Made by a program: the position numbers and the translations under genes
Origin: Leidyana gryllorum EB-2025a
Taxonomy: Eukaryota > Protista > Apicomplexa
Reading direction: 5' to 3'
NCBI GenBank assembly: GCA_048772705.1
Contig: JBLWGC010000104.1
Coordinates: forward strand, 1,116,001 to 1,180,000
Length of the DNA: 64,000 nucleotides
Part shown: positions 21,712-34,058 of the stretch, one piece after another
How positions within the stretch are numbered: the stretch's first letter is position 1
How the letters are laid out: each line of letters starts with the position of its first letter
Notes under the pieces: generated by a model
Databases searched by the model: none
Told to the model about the DNA's origin: nothing
Seen by the model: only the letters and a program-made list of their open reading frames with translations

Positions 21712-22058
21712 GAGACGACGACGACGTAGTGGAATGATATTTGATACTGTATATCCATCACCCACGACGCACACGGAAGGTCAGAGTCAGAACTGATAGC
21801 CAGACATCCTTGATGATAATCGTGTATGATGCGTGAGGCGTTGATGTCTTAGCTAACCATCGACCGATATTTGATACTGGATAGATTATCAGTCAATCAG
21901 GTCAATCAGATCAATCACTCAATCAGTCCGCCGGTCAACCGAACAAACAGACGATTCGCCAGTCATTTCCGATGCAGACGGGCAGTGTCATGTAGTTTTG
22001 TGTGTCGCAGCAGATATATGTTAACTAAGCCGGCACCACAGTCTCGAAATCGTACTCC

Positions 22059-24879
22059 TCACTCATCGTCTTCGTCCATAGCTTCCTCGTCTCGGTCCAC
22101 GTCATCATCGAAACTGGGCTTTGGAGCATCGATGAGGGCTTGCATGGTGGGTAACGCGGGCATTTCCGCCACACCGCCCGTGAACGAAGCGTTGGCTGCA
22201 GCTGTAGCCGCTGCTCGGGCCGCCTCGCGACCCGCTCTCTCTAATTCCTCCATCTGCTTCAACATTTGAGGCACATGGCTCGCCAACTCCGGATTGTACT
22301 TGGTCGAAGCCATCTTATCTGTGTTACATTCTGGACGGGCCAAGTCGCGATCTAGATATCGCTTTTCAGAAAAGAAATCCGCCCGCACTTTACGACCTGA
22401 AAACCGCCGTCCATTGAGTGCCTGAGGAAGGAAACATTAAATACTCGCCGGCACATTCTCTCAAGTACATCAGCGCACACGCGGATCGCAATGTCCGTTG
22501 ACAAAATCGTACTCGGCTTTCCACACCAACTGACCTTTCGGGTTCGGCAAGCTTCCTCCACCGTGGAGAATTCAACAAAAACAAAGCCTTCACCAGAATC
22601 TCCGGCAGGCTCTTGACCGGGTAGAGGGCGCGGCATTTCGATTGATATAACTCTTCCGAACTTGCGACACTCAACTCGAACATCGTCCAGAATATCGGCG
22701 TACTCCGCATCATCCATCAACTGAGTGCAGAAGAGTTTCAAAGACCAACACTGACCTCAGGCTCAAATCCCTGAGGTGACACGCACACACGCGCACACAC
22801 TCATTTGAGCGCTGCTCAACAAGTTGTTGGGCACCAGATGGGTCAGTGACAAATTGGGTTCAAAAGGACCGCTTACCTCTTCCGGAGTGACCAAATGATC
22901 AAAAAATAGACATCGGGTGGGTACGAGCAGGGGCTTGGTAGCCTCTGCGCGAGGGAGACACGTTTGGAATGAGACTGACAAGGATTTCGATCGCTTACCA
23001 AAGGTCTCCCAGCACTTTTCGTGTATGAGACGCCGCACTATTATGCGCGTCAACTCTTCTTCTGCCAAGGGCTGCTCGGCCGCACACACTGCTGGGCGCA
23101 TCCCAGCGATCTTCATGGTTTCCAACTCATCAGTGAGATTTTGACTGTCCAGAGGATTGTGGTATTCGAAGAAACACACCGATTTCTGTATGTGAATGAT
23201 GAGCGAGCGGCATTATTGTGATCGACGTACCTCTGGGCAGTGTGACAACAGGTCATCAACAAAATATGTTGCTAGTTTGACTGGTTTCCCATCTGTCGGC
23301 AGCGACACCTCTCCTCCCTTATCAGTCATCTTGGGAACAAAATAACCCGCTTCATCAGCGAGGTGCCGTTTATTCTTATACTCCTTAAGCTTTTGTTTGA
23401 CCACTGCATCGCTCGGCATCCCATAATACATGAAGAACTTGAGAGCACCAAAAGCTGTGAGCATTTCGCGAGCCTGCGTCAGGGGATGGGGGACGGCCTT
23501 GCAGTAGTTGGGCTTACCCTATCTTCCGAGAAAATGCTGGGTGGGGGAAGATTACGAATGCACATTGCATCCGGGGGAGGGGTGATGGCTCCAACACTGG
23601 TGATTATGGTTCCGCCAGCTGGCAGTAAGATTTGATGACCGGGCATTACGACACAACTTACTTAATCTGGAACTGGTTTCGTTGAATGCAGCACCCAAAA
23701 GATCCTTGTTGACGGTGGTGCCCAAGGAAACCCCGGTTAAGATTCCATTCGTCACACCGGCTGTCGGAGCCAGAGTACCTGCTTGAGTGACGGCAAGACG
23801 CGCGAGTTGTTCCGGGTAGGTCTTCGGCCGTCCAATGCGAAGACTATAGCCTAAGCAATTGATACCATTGAGAGCAATTCCATTATTTGCTTCTTCCATA
23901 GTACGGAATTCGATGAAGGCAAAGGCACCCTCGCTTGCCCTCCATCCTCGCACCGCTGGCGGCCCCGGTAAAGTATTTCCTTTGAGGGCCAACATGGCTG
24001 CGTTGATGAAGTCCACCAGATGTATCACTTCCATTTGGGGTGGTAAATTCCCGACATACAATTCGCGCCCAGCTTTGATTTGATCAGCCGTCAATCCCAA
24101 TTGTTGCGCGTATAGGTGCAACCGCGATGTTTGAAGCGCAGCGTCACCAGCAACGATAGTTGTGAACGCACTTGCCGGCTCGGGCGCCGAATAAACCGCT
24201 GCAAACAGACGGTATCAATCGACCAAAGATCGTTCACGCATCAACACAGCACCCAAATAAGGCCAATTAGAGCCACGGTACAGACCCATTGAGGGCGGAG
24301 ACGTAAGACGAAGTGCTCACCTGCTCCCTCTCCGGGAGGTCCTGAAAAGCCGGAGGGCTTTGACTTTGAAGAAGTTTCCGATGGGGCCGCCACCGAAGCG
24401 TCAGTAGGCAGTGGGGGAGCGGCTGTCGGCGATTCTTCAACTTTAGTACTCGTCGGGGCGGAGTCATTGGGAGCCGTGGACCATCCGGTACGGCGTTTCC
24501 GAGGCCGAGCGGGGGAGGTTGAGATTCCGGTGCCTCCTATATGTTGTTTGCTCCTTTTCGGCACTCTATCCGAGCTGGGTCGCTCCTCGGCAATTCGTCG
24601 CTCGCCGCCCCTGCCGTTGCGATCGTCATTGGCTTTACGGTCCTCTCCAGATCGGCGCTCGTAATCATGAGTCCGACGATGGTCAGCAGCTCGTCCACGG
24701 GGAACACTTCTGTGCCGATTGCCCCCAACCGGCATCTCCTCATTGTCCTCCTCATCCGTTTCATTCTCATCCACTATTCTGGGACGTCTCCCTGCCGCAG
24801 GAGGCCTTCTGACGACTTCCTCCTCATCGTCACCTTCTGGGAGCAAGCCTACGTCGTCCTCCTCACACCTACGGGGCAT
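22059..24879 (-). CDS. U2AF2: Splicing factor U2AF large subunit (multi-exon)
   Basis: RELYVGNLPP...FAFIEFRTMEEANNGIALNG...LRIGRPKTY (RRM1) and the UHM EYADILDDVRVECRKFGRVISIEMPRP; R/D-rich N-terminus. Start is approximate. Confidence 0.88.
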
Positions 24880-24912
24880 GAAAACACGAAGAATTTTTCT
24901 AAGTCCTCCATC

Positions 24913-25643
24913 ATGCGGCCCCTCACGAAAGAAGAGACCGAGAAGGTCTTTGCAAAGCTCATGCAATAGTGAGTCTCCTGCAACCCCAACGCGTCATTGT
25001 CCCCTCAGTATCGGTTCTAACACGCAGAAGCTCATTGATATGGATCCTCCTCACGTTCTCCGCCGCCTCAGAGACAGAGTCTTTTTCCTAAGGTATGCTG
25101 GTACCCTTATCTCTCTCAAAATCATCTCTCGTAGTGAAAAGCTGTTGAGAGCCTCCTCCAGCATCCCTCGCAAGGGCCTCCTATCCATAGGCACATGTCT
25201 GGGGAAATTCACCAAATCCGGAAAGTTCCACCTCCAGGTCTCGGCTTTGGAGTACTTGGCCCATCACGCAATTTATAAGGTTTGGCTCAAGCCTCAGGCC
25301 GAAGGCCCTTTTCTCTATGGAAACAACGTCCTCAAGGTAAGTAATCCATCGCCGTCTGCCCGTCAGCAGCAATCCTCCGCAGCGCTATATTGCCAAAATC
25401 ACTGAAAACGCCCCAGCCAAGCAGGGAGTCATCGTACTCTCTCCCACCAACATTCCTCTTGGATTCGGGCTGCTCAATCGCTCCACTGTCGAATTGAGGA
25501 ACGCAGACACAGAAAGCGTTGCTGTTTTCAATCAGAGTGATGTGGGGCTGTATCTGCGAAAGGAGAGGGAGATTTTTGGGGGTGGCGTCTCCTCCGCCGT
25601 GATGACGAAAGCGAACAATGACGTACCGGATATTGACGCTTGA
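24913..25643 (+). CDS. NIP7: 60S biogenesis factor NIP7 (3 introns)
   Basis: MRPLTKEETEKVFAKL, GTCLGKFTKSGKFHL, KVWLKP..E..FLYGNNVLK, DVGLYLRKE. Confidence 0.92.
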
Positions 25644-25653
25644 TCCAATTCAA

Positions 25654-27316
25654 TCACACCCTGTGCTGAGCAAGGGCTTCTTCCGTCACTTGCGCCAGGT
25701 GGTTCTGTCGATCCAGCATTTCCGTCTCAATATTGGTGATAAACTCGCATTGGGTGTCTCGCCATACTTGAGTTTGTCTCTGCGCTTCCTCAGCCAATGT
25801 ACTGAGCTTTGCTGCCAGTTGTTGCAGATCAGCCAGTTTTGCTTCGGTTCTCTCCTCTGATAGACACACACCGTATTCCAACTCGACACACCGCACACCC
25901 GTGTGCGGTAATGCCACTTACTATCTTTGATCCAGTCTGCCGTATTTAGGTTCAGACGATCAATTTCTGTTCTCATTCGACGCATCTCGTCATTGAATGC
26001 CTTCTGTTGACTGATGAGTTGTCTATCAGTTGATTGTTGGGCGTTCTGCAATCGGAGCATTGCCATATAATCGCCAATCCCTGCCTCACCAATTCATTCT
26101 GAGCCGCTGAGAGCTCTGCCACCAGCCGACTCCGTTCCTCCTCGAGTGTACTTCGGTCCTGCTCAAACTCGGCGATGGCGATATCTTCCTTCTTCTTGAT
26201 GTCGGAGATCTTTTGCTCCGAAGCTTTGACATCCTGAAGGGTCCAATCTCAGACCTGCCAGCCCAGGTCCCCTACTTTCATACACCGTCTCCAGGTGCCT
26301 ATTATCTTTTCGAAGCTCCGTCCGTGCTTCCGCAAGTCAGACTCAGCTTGATTTAGCTGATTAGCCAAATCGAGGGCTTCCATTGCAGCTACGAGCGCTT
26401 GCTCAGCTGCGTCCGCCTCCTCCCTGGCAGTCTTGGTCTCCAGTTTGAGCCGTTCGGGCGAGTCAACAATTTGGTCCTTGAGCTTATTGAGTCTGTCCTG
26501 GTCCGCCCGCAACTCATCGTCAATGGCTTTGAGAGCAGCCTGATGGATAATGTTTAAACCGTTGAAACCTATCAGAACTGAGAGACTCACTTGTTCTTTG
26601 GCCAGACGTGCGTTGATCTTCTTGGTGGCTTCTGTGGTTGTTTGCAGCTCGTTGGCCATCTCTGTGAAAGTTCGATTGGCCTCCTGCTCCTCTTCTTGGG
26701 CCTGCTTCAACTGGGTCTCAAGATCCTGCTCCACCACCGTATCTCTGAGTCCAGCCAGCTGATCATTATATAACGTTATGTCGGCCTCCAAGGCGTCAAT
26801 CAATTGGAGACGATTCTCCACTTCTGTGAAAAGCTCGCGGTGGTGTTCCTGCACACTTTCGCGTAAGTTTACAAACTCTATTATGGCGTCAACGAGGGGC
26901 TCCCATCGTATCGGACGAGCACCTGTGGCACTCCCGCCTCGCGCTACAGAACTTTGTCCTTGCGACGGGGTGGAAGAGATTGACGTCCTTTTGGGGGCTG
27001 TCGTGCCCGGAGCCATGGTACTGAGTAGAAAGTCATGTACATTCCATGTGTCAAATCGTAGCAAACCCATCAGGGCCGCAGTCCATCGAAGAATTCGCAG
27101 TCGCGGAATAGCCTCTAAATATCGAATTCCATTGTCAGGCAACAAACTCAACGTATCCGCGCGAGCCGGATCATCCGGACGGCTCCAAACCTCCTCTTTG
27201 GGAGCATTAAACACAACTTGCACAAGGTTCCCTAGCAGATCCACAAATGCACCAATAGTCTTCTCCTTAGGGAACTCAAGGTTCAGGACTTTGAGACGGT
27301 CAACTCTCACAGACAT
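25654..27316 (-). CDS. NUF2: Kinetochore protein NUF2-like (multi-exon)
   Basis: CH-like end LVDAIIEFVNLRE, a long coiled coil and the QIVDSPERLK signature. Confidence 0.7.
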
Positions 27317-27328
27317 CTCCCAAAAAGA

Positions 27329-29942
27329 ATGTACTCAGAACTAGATCCTTTGGAAGACTTGGAAGAGGAGTTTGCGGACGACGAGGACGCCGAGGAAGAC
27401 GGCCTGGAAGAATGCCACAATGAACAACTTTCGGACAAACCAAGCGAAGAGCCGGATGGCCCGAGCAGTTATAAAGTGGATTCGGCTAAACTCTTGGAAT
27501 GTCTAGGGGACCGCTCAGGTATGGTGGGTTTCGATCGGGCCTATGTCGAGAAGGTCGTCCACGATATGTCAATCGGCTCCTCGTTCTATAAACATGAGCA
27601 AGAACGTACTCGACGACTCCAAGGGACCATTGATGCGCTATTGAAACGTAAAGACTTCTACGAGTGAGGCTTTCAATTAGTCTGTGCTGTATCGCTGCTG
27701 ACCATTCAGCCGCGAGACGTCTCCAGACTTCCGGATGTTGAAGACAAAGGACGGTCAAGCAGTTCTCAGCAAATATATGCCCGCAATCCAACATGTTCCA
27801 CATCCTTTACGGCTTGATATGTGGGTCGGAGACTGCTACGTCCACATAGACCTAGATATGTTCTATTGTGCCTGCGAGATGCAGCGAGACCCATCGCTAC
27901 GGGATGTTCCAATGGCAGTCGGGGGGGCTGGAATGCTTTGCACTTCCAACTATCCTGCAAGAAAGTTCGGAATCCGAGCAGGAATGCCCGGTTTCATTGC
28001 TCAAAAGTTATACAAGGATCTGATCATTATCAGGTGCGGCATACTTAACGTGGGAGATAATTATGGATCTCTCCAGACCAAACTTCCCGGACTACAAATT
28101 AAAGTCCTCGATATTCATGGGGGTAGGAACGCGAGCTGTGTGTGTCAGAATGGAGACACGGGTGTCGGCACACAGGTATGCGCGCAATTCGATCCAAAGT
28201 ACCACTCGCGTGGAATGGATGAGGTTTCACTCAATCTTACGCCATGGTGTCACAACAAAACATTTGAAGAAGTCAATGCGTATGTCCACCACATCCGTCA
28301 GCGGTGCGTCTACCCACCAGGTGCTTGCTGCCAAATGCTGAACGGTCAGAGTGGAGACCGAATTGGGCGGCCTGACCTGTAGCGCGGGCATTGGCTGCAC
28401 CCGAATCTTGGCTAAAATCAAATCCAATGACAACAAACCGAATGGTAGATGATGTCGGCTGGCATGCCGCACTCACAATGTTCCAGGGCAAACAATGCTG
28501 AAGCCTTTCGACAGCTTCGAAGCCGTGGCTGAGCTGAAACTGGGCAAGGTGCCCATGATTGGGAAGGTGAGTGTACTGCCAGACCACATGGTGCCCATAC
28601 ACAGTGATTGCAATTCCTTGTCTTGGGGCATCTTATCGTCTTACTGTAGCACAGACCCGTACCGAGCAACTTGCGGCAATGGACCTGAAGACGTGTCGTG
28701 ACATCTGGAATCGGCCCGATCTGATAGTTTATCTGTACACACCCATTACAGCCGAAAATATCTTGGCGTAAGCTGAGACTGAGGGTCCTTCCAAACTTTC
28801 AAATCACAGATTATCGTGTGCGGTGCTGAATGAGACTGCGAAGGATCGGCAGTCTGTTGGATGTGAAAGAACCTTCAGGTGAGCCGTCGATCCGGGGTAA
28901 TGCGTCTTGAAGGCTAATATGCAGTCCGACATCGGATGGGATTGAATTGCTCAATCGGCTGGCAAGGATTTCTGGTATACTGGCCACAGATCTACACAAG
29001 CTGAACAAGCAATGCAAGAAAATCACGTTCAAGGTGAAAGACGATCGCTTTACGGTTCGCAGCCTCACTGAGTCGTTACCGAGTGCCACTGCTCAGAGAG
29101 AACACATCTTCAATGTCGGTGTTCGGCTATTCCGGTCCTTCCTGCTGCAGTCACTGCCTGAGCCTGCAAGTGGAGCTCTACCGTCGTGGACGAAGATGGT
29201 GGAGTCAATAACACTGACAGAGCCAATCGACGAGGATACAGAGGACGAGCGGACCAATGTTTATCGTCATCCACAATATTTCAAGCCGTTGCCCATCCGG
29301 ATACGTTTGATGGGATTACAAGCCTCGCAGCTCGTTGATCCTGACGCCCTGGGGGGAGAAAAGCCACTCCAGCTACTTTTTCAGGCTGCAGCGCGCAAGA
29401 TACGCCGAAGTGAAGATGTGAAACCGGCCCTCAATGATATAGGGACCATCGACGCCGGTCACACGGTAGGGTCGTCTTCGTCGGAGGTTGAAGTTGAGGT
29501 TAAATCTGACAAAAGCAGTCAGGTGGGAAGCACGAAAAGTCGTGTGCTCGCCGGCAAGGGCTCTGAATCAATGTTACTTCAATGGATGGCGAAAGGCCAT
29601 ACACGAAATCGTAGAGGGCTCGACGATCAGTCCGAAATTTCCAGATCAGATCGCGACCCGGGTGGGATCAATGTGGGCACCCAAGACAACAAAGTGGCTA
29701 AGACGGATCCCGAAGCGGTGGTTGTGCCCAAAAAGATGGCAAAGACGACCATTGGGCCATTAGATCGATTACTAATCACCAAGAGTGAAAGTTCGTTGGA
29801 AGGTAATCGACGTGCTAAAGTCGGTCAAAGCGGACATATTCGTCGTCCGATGGACCAGTTTGTGGTGCCGCGGAAGCCTGGTGGCTTACGATCCAAAGCT
29901 GAACCACGAGAAAATGAGATGATTATAGAGTTGAGTGACTAG
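27329..29942 (+). CDS. POLK: DNA polymerase kappa (Y family, multi-exon)
   Basis: N-clasp region, VHIDLDMFYCACE.RDPSL..PMAVGG, TSNYPARKFGIRAGMPGFIA, MDE and LAKIKSNDNKPNG. Confidence 0.9.
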
Positions 29943-30022
29943 GCTTTGAGTGCCGCGTCGACCAGGGTGGGTCGATCGATCGAAGGTGCGGGTGCCGGCA
30001 ATCGAACACGAAGATCAATGTC

Positions 30023-31183
30023 ATGAGAAAGATTCTGGTATGCCTTGTCGCGGCCGCCCTGGTCCAAGGCCATGGTGGCGGAGGGGGCGCCAAGATGAAG
30101 AAGAAGCACAAGCAGCTTCTTGGAGGAGGCGGCAAAGGGGGTGGCGGCCAAGGTGTTGGGGGCGGAGGCGACGTCATTGTTGTTGATGATGGAGGTTTCG
30201 GAGGCGATCACATCATTATTGACGACGGAGACTATGACTTTGACTTTGATGATGACTACGACTATGATGATTACCCCGACTATGATCTGGATTACCCGGA
30301 GTACGGAGGAGGCGGTGGTGATTACGGAGGAGGCGGTGGTGATTACGGAGGAGGTGGAGGCGACTTCATAGGCGGTGGTGGAGGTGAGATCATTGGTGGT
30401 GGCGGTGGGTACTATCCTGGGGGAGGCGGTTACTACCCAGGTGGGGGTGGGGAAATTATCGGTGGAGGAGGAGGCGTCATCGGAGGAGGAGGCGTCATCG
30501 GAGGAGGAGGCGTCATCGGAGGCGGCGGATACCCTGTGTACCCTGGTGGCGGTGGCGGCTACCCAGTCTACCCCGGCGGAGGCTATCCTGTGTATCCTGG
30601 AGGTGGAGGAGGCTATCCAGTTTATCCCACCTATCCGACATATCCGACCTATCCGACGTACCCTGGAAGACCACCCCCACCGAGGCCGCGGCCTCCTCGA
30701 CCTCGTCCCCCTCCGCGTCCTAGACCTCCCCGACCCCGACCACCCGGAATCCGTCCTCCGCGTCCTCGTCCTCCTGGGGGAGGTGGAGGCGGTGGTGGCG
30801 GTGGTGGCGGTGGTGGAACACGTCCTCCACGCCCTCGTCCGCCTGGAGGGGGTGGTGACGGGAACGGCAATGGGAATGGCAACGGAAATGGAAACGGCAA
30901 TGGAAATGGCAACGGCAATGGAAATGGCAACGGCAACAATGGCAATGGCAACAACGGCATTGGCTGGGGAGTGGGTGGAAGACCGCCTGGGGGCGGTGGA
31001 AGACCACCTGGTCTTAGCAGACTCCCGTCGCGTCGTCTGGAGAATGTGCCTACTGTTATTACTGATTCCGAAGTGCGAGTGGTGGAAGAGGTTGTTCGCT
31101 TCGTTGTGGACAGCGCGGATACTCAAGCGATGGAGAACATTGATGCCGACTCAATCGGCAATGTTGCAGCTATGGCCGCTTAG
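30023..31183 (+). CDS. Secreted Gly/Tyr/Pro/Asn-rich block-repeat structural protein
   Basis: Signal peptide MRKILVCLVAAALVQG followed by D/Y, GGGGGDY, GGYPVYP, YPT, PRPP and (GN)n blocks. Confidence 0.85.
   Translation: MRKILVCLVAAALVQGHGGGGGAKMKKKHKQLLGGGGKGGGGQGVGGGGDVIVVDDGGFGGDHIIIDDGDYDFDFDDDYDYDDYPDYDLDYPEYGGGGGDYGGGGGDYGGGGGDFIGGGGGEIIGGGGGYYPGGGGYYPGGGGEIIGGGGGVIGGGGVIGGGGVIGGGGYPVYPGGGGGYPVYPGGGYPVYPGGGGGYPVYPTYPTYPTYPTYPGRPPPPRPRPPRPRPPPRPRPPRPRPPGIRPPRPRPPGGGGGGGGGGGGGGTRPPRPRPPGGGGDGNGNGNGNGNGNGNGNGNGNGNGNGNNGNGNNGIGWGVGGRPPGGGGRPPGLSRLPSRRLENVPTVITDSEVRVVEEVVRFVVDSADTQAMENIDADSIGNVAAMAA
30300..30960 (+). repeat. Coding low-complexity tandem repeats
   Basis: Units tacggaggaggcggtggtgat, ggcgtcatcggaggagga, tatccgac(a/c/g) and ggaaatggcaac. 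Confidence 0.9.
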
Positions 31184-32064
31184 GTCCCATACTCTGCTCT
31201 GATCTGTTCAGCTTGATATCGCTGCGGAGAATATAACTCATTAAACGGATGTCACTATCTTTTCACTCACAACATCTTCCGTGAATTCCTTTTCTTTTCT
31301 ACGAGATCTATACCTCGCTAACCCAGAAATCAAACAAGCAACTGTAAGCATAATGGCAGCTGCTCAAATACAATACGTTGACGAAGTATGTGTACAGTAA
31401 TTGGCGTACCAACGGTTAGCCAATAACAGATGCTTGGCTGTGGCACCGGATAGTAGTGCTGGTTGTTGAGGATCGAGAAGGCCGATCTGGCGCAGAAGAT
31501 GTACTGAATGAGTGTGGAAAGGATCATCAGTAAGGCAAAGATGAGAAAGCCGAAAACGATGCGCATCGCACGTGTACTCTCTCTGAAGCTGATCAAGACG
31601 GCCATGGTGTGACAAACTGCCGCTGTTGTCATCAGACCAAACGCCTAAAACGATAGGAAAAAGAAGTCTTGCCTCACACAGTAAGCCTCCAAGTTTGTAA
31701 CCTACCACGAAACTGGTGATCATCATCAGTCTATGAGCAGTACACCGTGAAGCCATAGCTGCACACAATCCACTGCCGCAGTTTACCCCAAGAGCCAAAG
31801 CCGCAGCTTCTTCGCAAGCAGCCTCCATCGTCTCCTTATGGGTCCTGGTGAGACGCCCTTGTACATGGAAAAGGCCCCATGACCTCGTATAGGGATAATT
31901 TCCCGGCAGAGGTGAATTCTAACACAGAAATCAAGGGTCAATCTCGTTCGCGATCGACCACTCACTGATAACCAGTCAGGCAAAATGATTGCCACCACCA
32001 AACATGCTATAGCTGCCAAGCCTCCGAACACTCCGAACCAATTGGCTCCGAACTTTTTCGACAT
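31180..32064 (-). CDS. Claudin-like four-TM protein (multi-exon)
   Basis: TM1-PDW...RSWGLF...C..C..C..C loop, three more TMs, YYPVPQPSICYWL before TM4. The inferred last exon RYQAEQIRAEYGT* ends at 31180. Confidence 0.6.
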
Positions 32065-32103
32065 ACTTGTCAAGGGTGCATGCTCACATTCTGCACGTGA
32101 CCA

Positions 32104-33198
32104 ATGTTAAGTGGAGTGCTGTTAGCTGCGGCAGCAGGTCTGGCGACAGGCATCGGAGGACTGCTGGTGGTCATTCACAATGACTTCAGTCCAGTCACCT
32201 TGACCGCGGGAATGTCAATGGCAGCCGGAGTCATGACCTATCTGACCTTCGTGGAAATTTTCCCTGAAGTACGCAAAGTGTTCGATCTGGCGTTGCACGA
32301 TGTCGGTTTCATCAACGCCAAAGTGATCGCAGTCACCATGTCGGGATTCACTTATTTTGTTGGGTGGGCCCTCGCCGAGTGCCTTCACCACGTCCTTCAC
32401 CGATGGTTCGCTCGGTACAACACATCAAACTCGGCCCCCGAGAACTCTATCCCAGAGAATAAAGCGCACCTCTTCGGAAACTCAGAAATGTTCAACCTAA
32501 CGGAACCAAGCGCTTCCAACGGAGACGTCGAGTTGGCTATCAACACCGAAGGTCCCTCACACACGTCCAAAGCAGCGAATCTAGCTTCCACTGACGGGCA
32601 TGACTTGGCTGGATTCAGTGGATGCCGAACGTTGGAGGAGGCCAGCTCAGCTCTGGCCAGTGAGCTCTTTTACAACGATCACATACGCATTTGTAGAGTG
32701 GGGTGGTTCACTACCTTGGCTCTTTGCCTACACAATATCCCTGAAGGCATAGCCACCTATACAGGCTGTCAAGCTTCCCCCAAGATTGGTCTCGGCATTG
32801 CTCTTGCAATAGCGATTCACAACATCCCGGAAGGCGTGGCCGTCGCTGTACCAATGTACTTCGCCACCAGAAGCCGCAAGATAGCGCTACTCACATCTCT
32901 GGTCACAGGTAAGTAGTTAGCGTCTTAACACACATATTTCCTCTCCATAGGTGTTGCGGAACCATTTGGCGCCATATTGGCATGGGCCTTTCTGGGATCC
33001 AAACCCAGCCCCATGACTTTTGGAGCTGTTTTGGGGGTCATTTGCGGCACCATGGGAAATGTCGCTCTCAAAGAATTGTTCTTTGGAAGTGCACGTTACG
33101 ACCCCGTTGACAAAATAGCTACCTCAGCCTTCGTCGGCGGAATGGGGATGATGGCCATCAGCCTTGTCCTTCTCGAGCTGTTGGCGCCGATTGGTTGA
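32104..33198 (+). CDS. ZIP/ZupT-type divalent metal transporter (1 intron)
   Basis: LHNIPEGIA and IHNIPEGVAVAVP motifs, with GVAEP after splicing. Confidence 0.9.
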
Positions 33199-33249
33199 AG
33201 GACTTCCATCCACTCACAAGATCTCGCAACTCAGATGCGGTTGCACCGC

Positions 33250-33991
33250 CTACTGCTCCTCACGCGATTGCAGACGAGCTTTCAAAGCTTCAAGAGCTCT
33301 TCGTCGATGACTTATGCGGTCTTTCGCCTCCTTCGACAGCTCCGCGAAAGTCTGTTCCTCACCATCTGGCAGGAAATTCGGATCCCATCCGAAACTCCGC
33401 GGCCCTCTTGCCTCCACGACACGACCCTGCACTCACCGTGAACTCCACTCTCGGGGTACTCCAACGCCCCCCAATGTCGAAATACATACCTGACACTGAC
33501 CCATTACGACAACAGGCTCCACTTCCGCAGAACCGTTCCAGTATGCGATGTAGTCTCTTGCAAAGGCAGTCTTATCTTCGAACCCCGCAAGCAATTTAGG
33601 AAAATCGTCGTTACCCATCGCCGTAATGAAGTACTTTCTGTACCGCAGTGATCGACCGTCACGACATTATCTTACATGTAGGGACCTGGTAGATCTTTTA
33701 GTGCTTTCAAGCACAAACAGGTGTCCTCCGTAATCAGCATGTCGCCACACTTGATCTTCCCAGCTTTCAACAAGAGATCATAGGCGGTGCTACATTTTTG
33801 CTTTGCAATCTCTTCGGAGGTACCCTGATACTCAGGCACATCCACATTCACGGACTCAAGGTCAACCCATTTGTCGCCCTCATTTAGGATTCGTTCAACT
33901 TCTTTCTTCTTGTTTTCATTGCCAGTGCAGAAATACAACTGAACACATGATGTTGTTTTCAAATTCAGGACCATCAACGACGAACCTTCAT
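33250..33991 (-). CDS. ITPA: Inosine triphosphate pyrophosphatase, Ham1 family (multi-exon)
   Basis: FCTGNENKKKEV, EDTCL, LPGPY, FGWDPNF, SHRRRAL. Start inferred as ATGAAG followed by an intron. Confidence 0.9.
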
Positions 33992-34058
33992 CCTCGTCAA
34001 TGGACACGCAAAAGGGAAGGGATTGAGGATTCGGAAACCCTGACAAAAGAAGAAAAAT

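Noticed and set aside
17472-29942. Frameshifts or stop-codon reassignment in split ORFs
   Set aside because: The breaks I checked are explained by short GT-AG introns, and all three stop codons end genes normally.
29939-31202. Long alternative ORFs (395 aa minus, 275 aa plus)
   Set aside because: Shadow frames of the GC-rich repeat gene.
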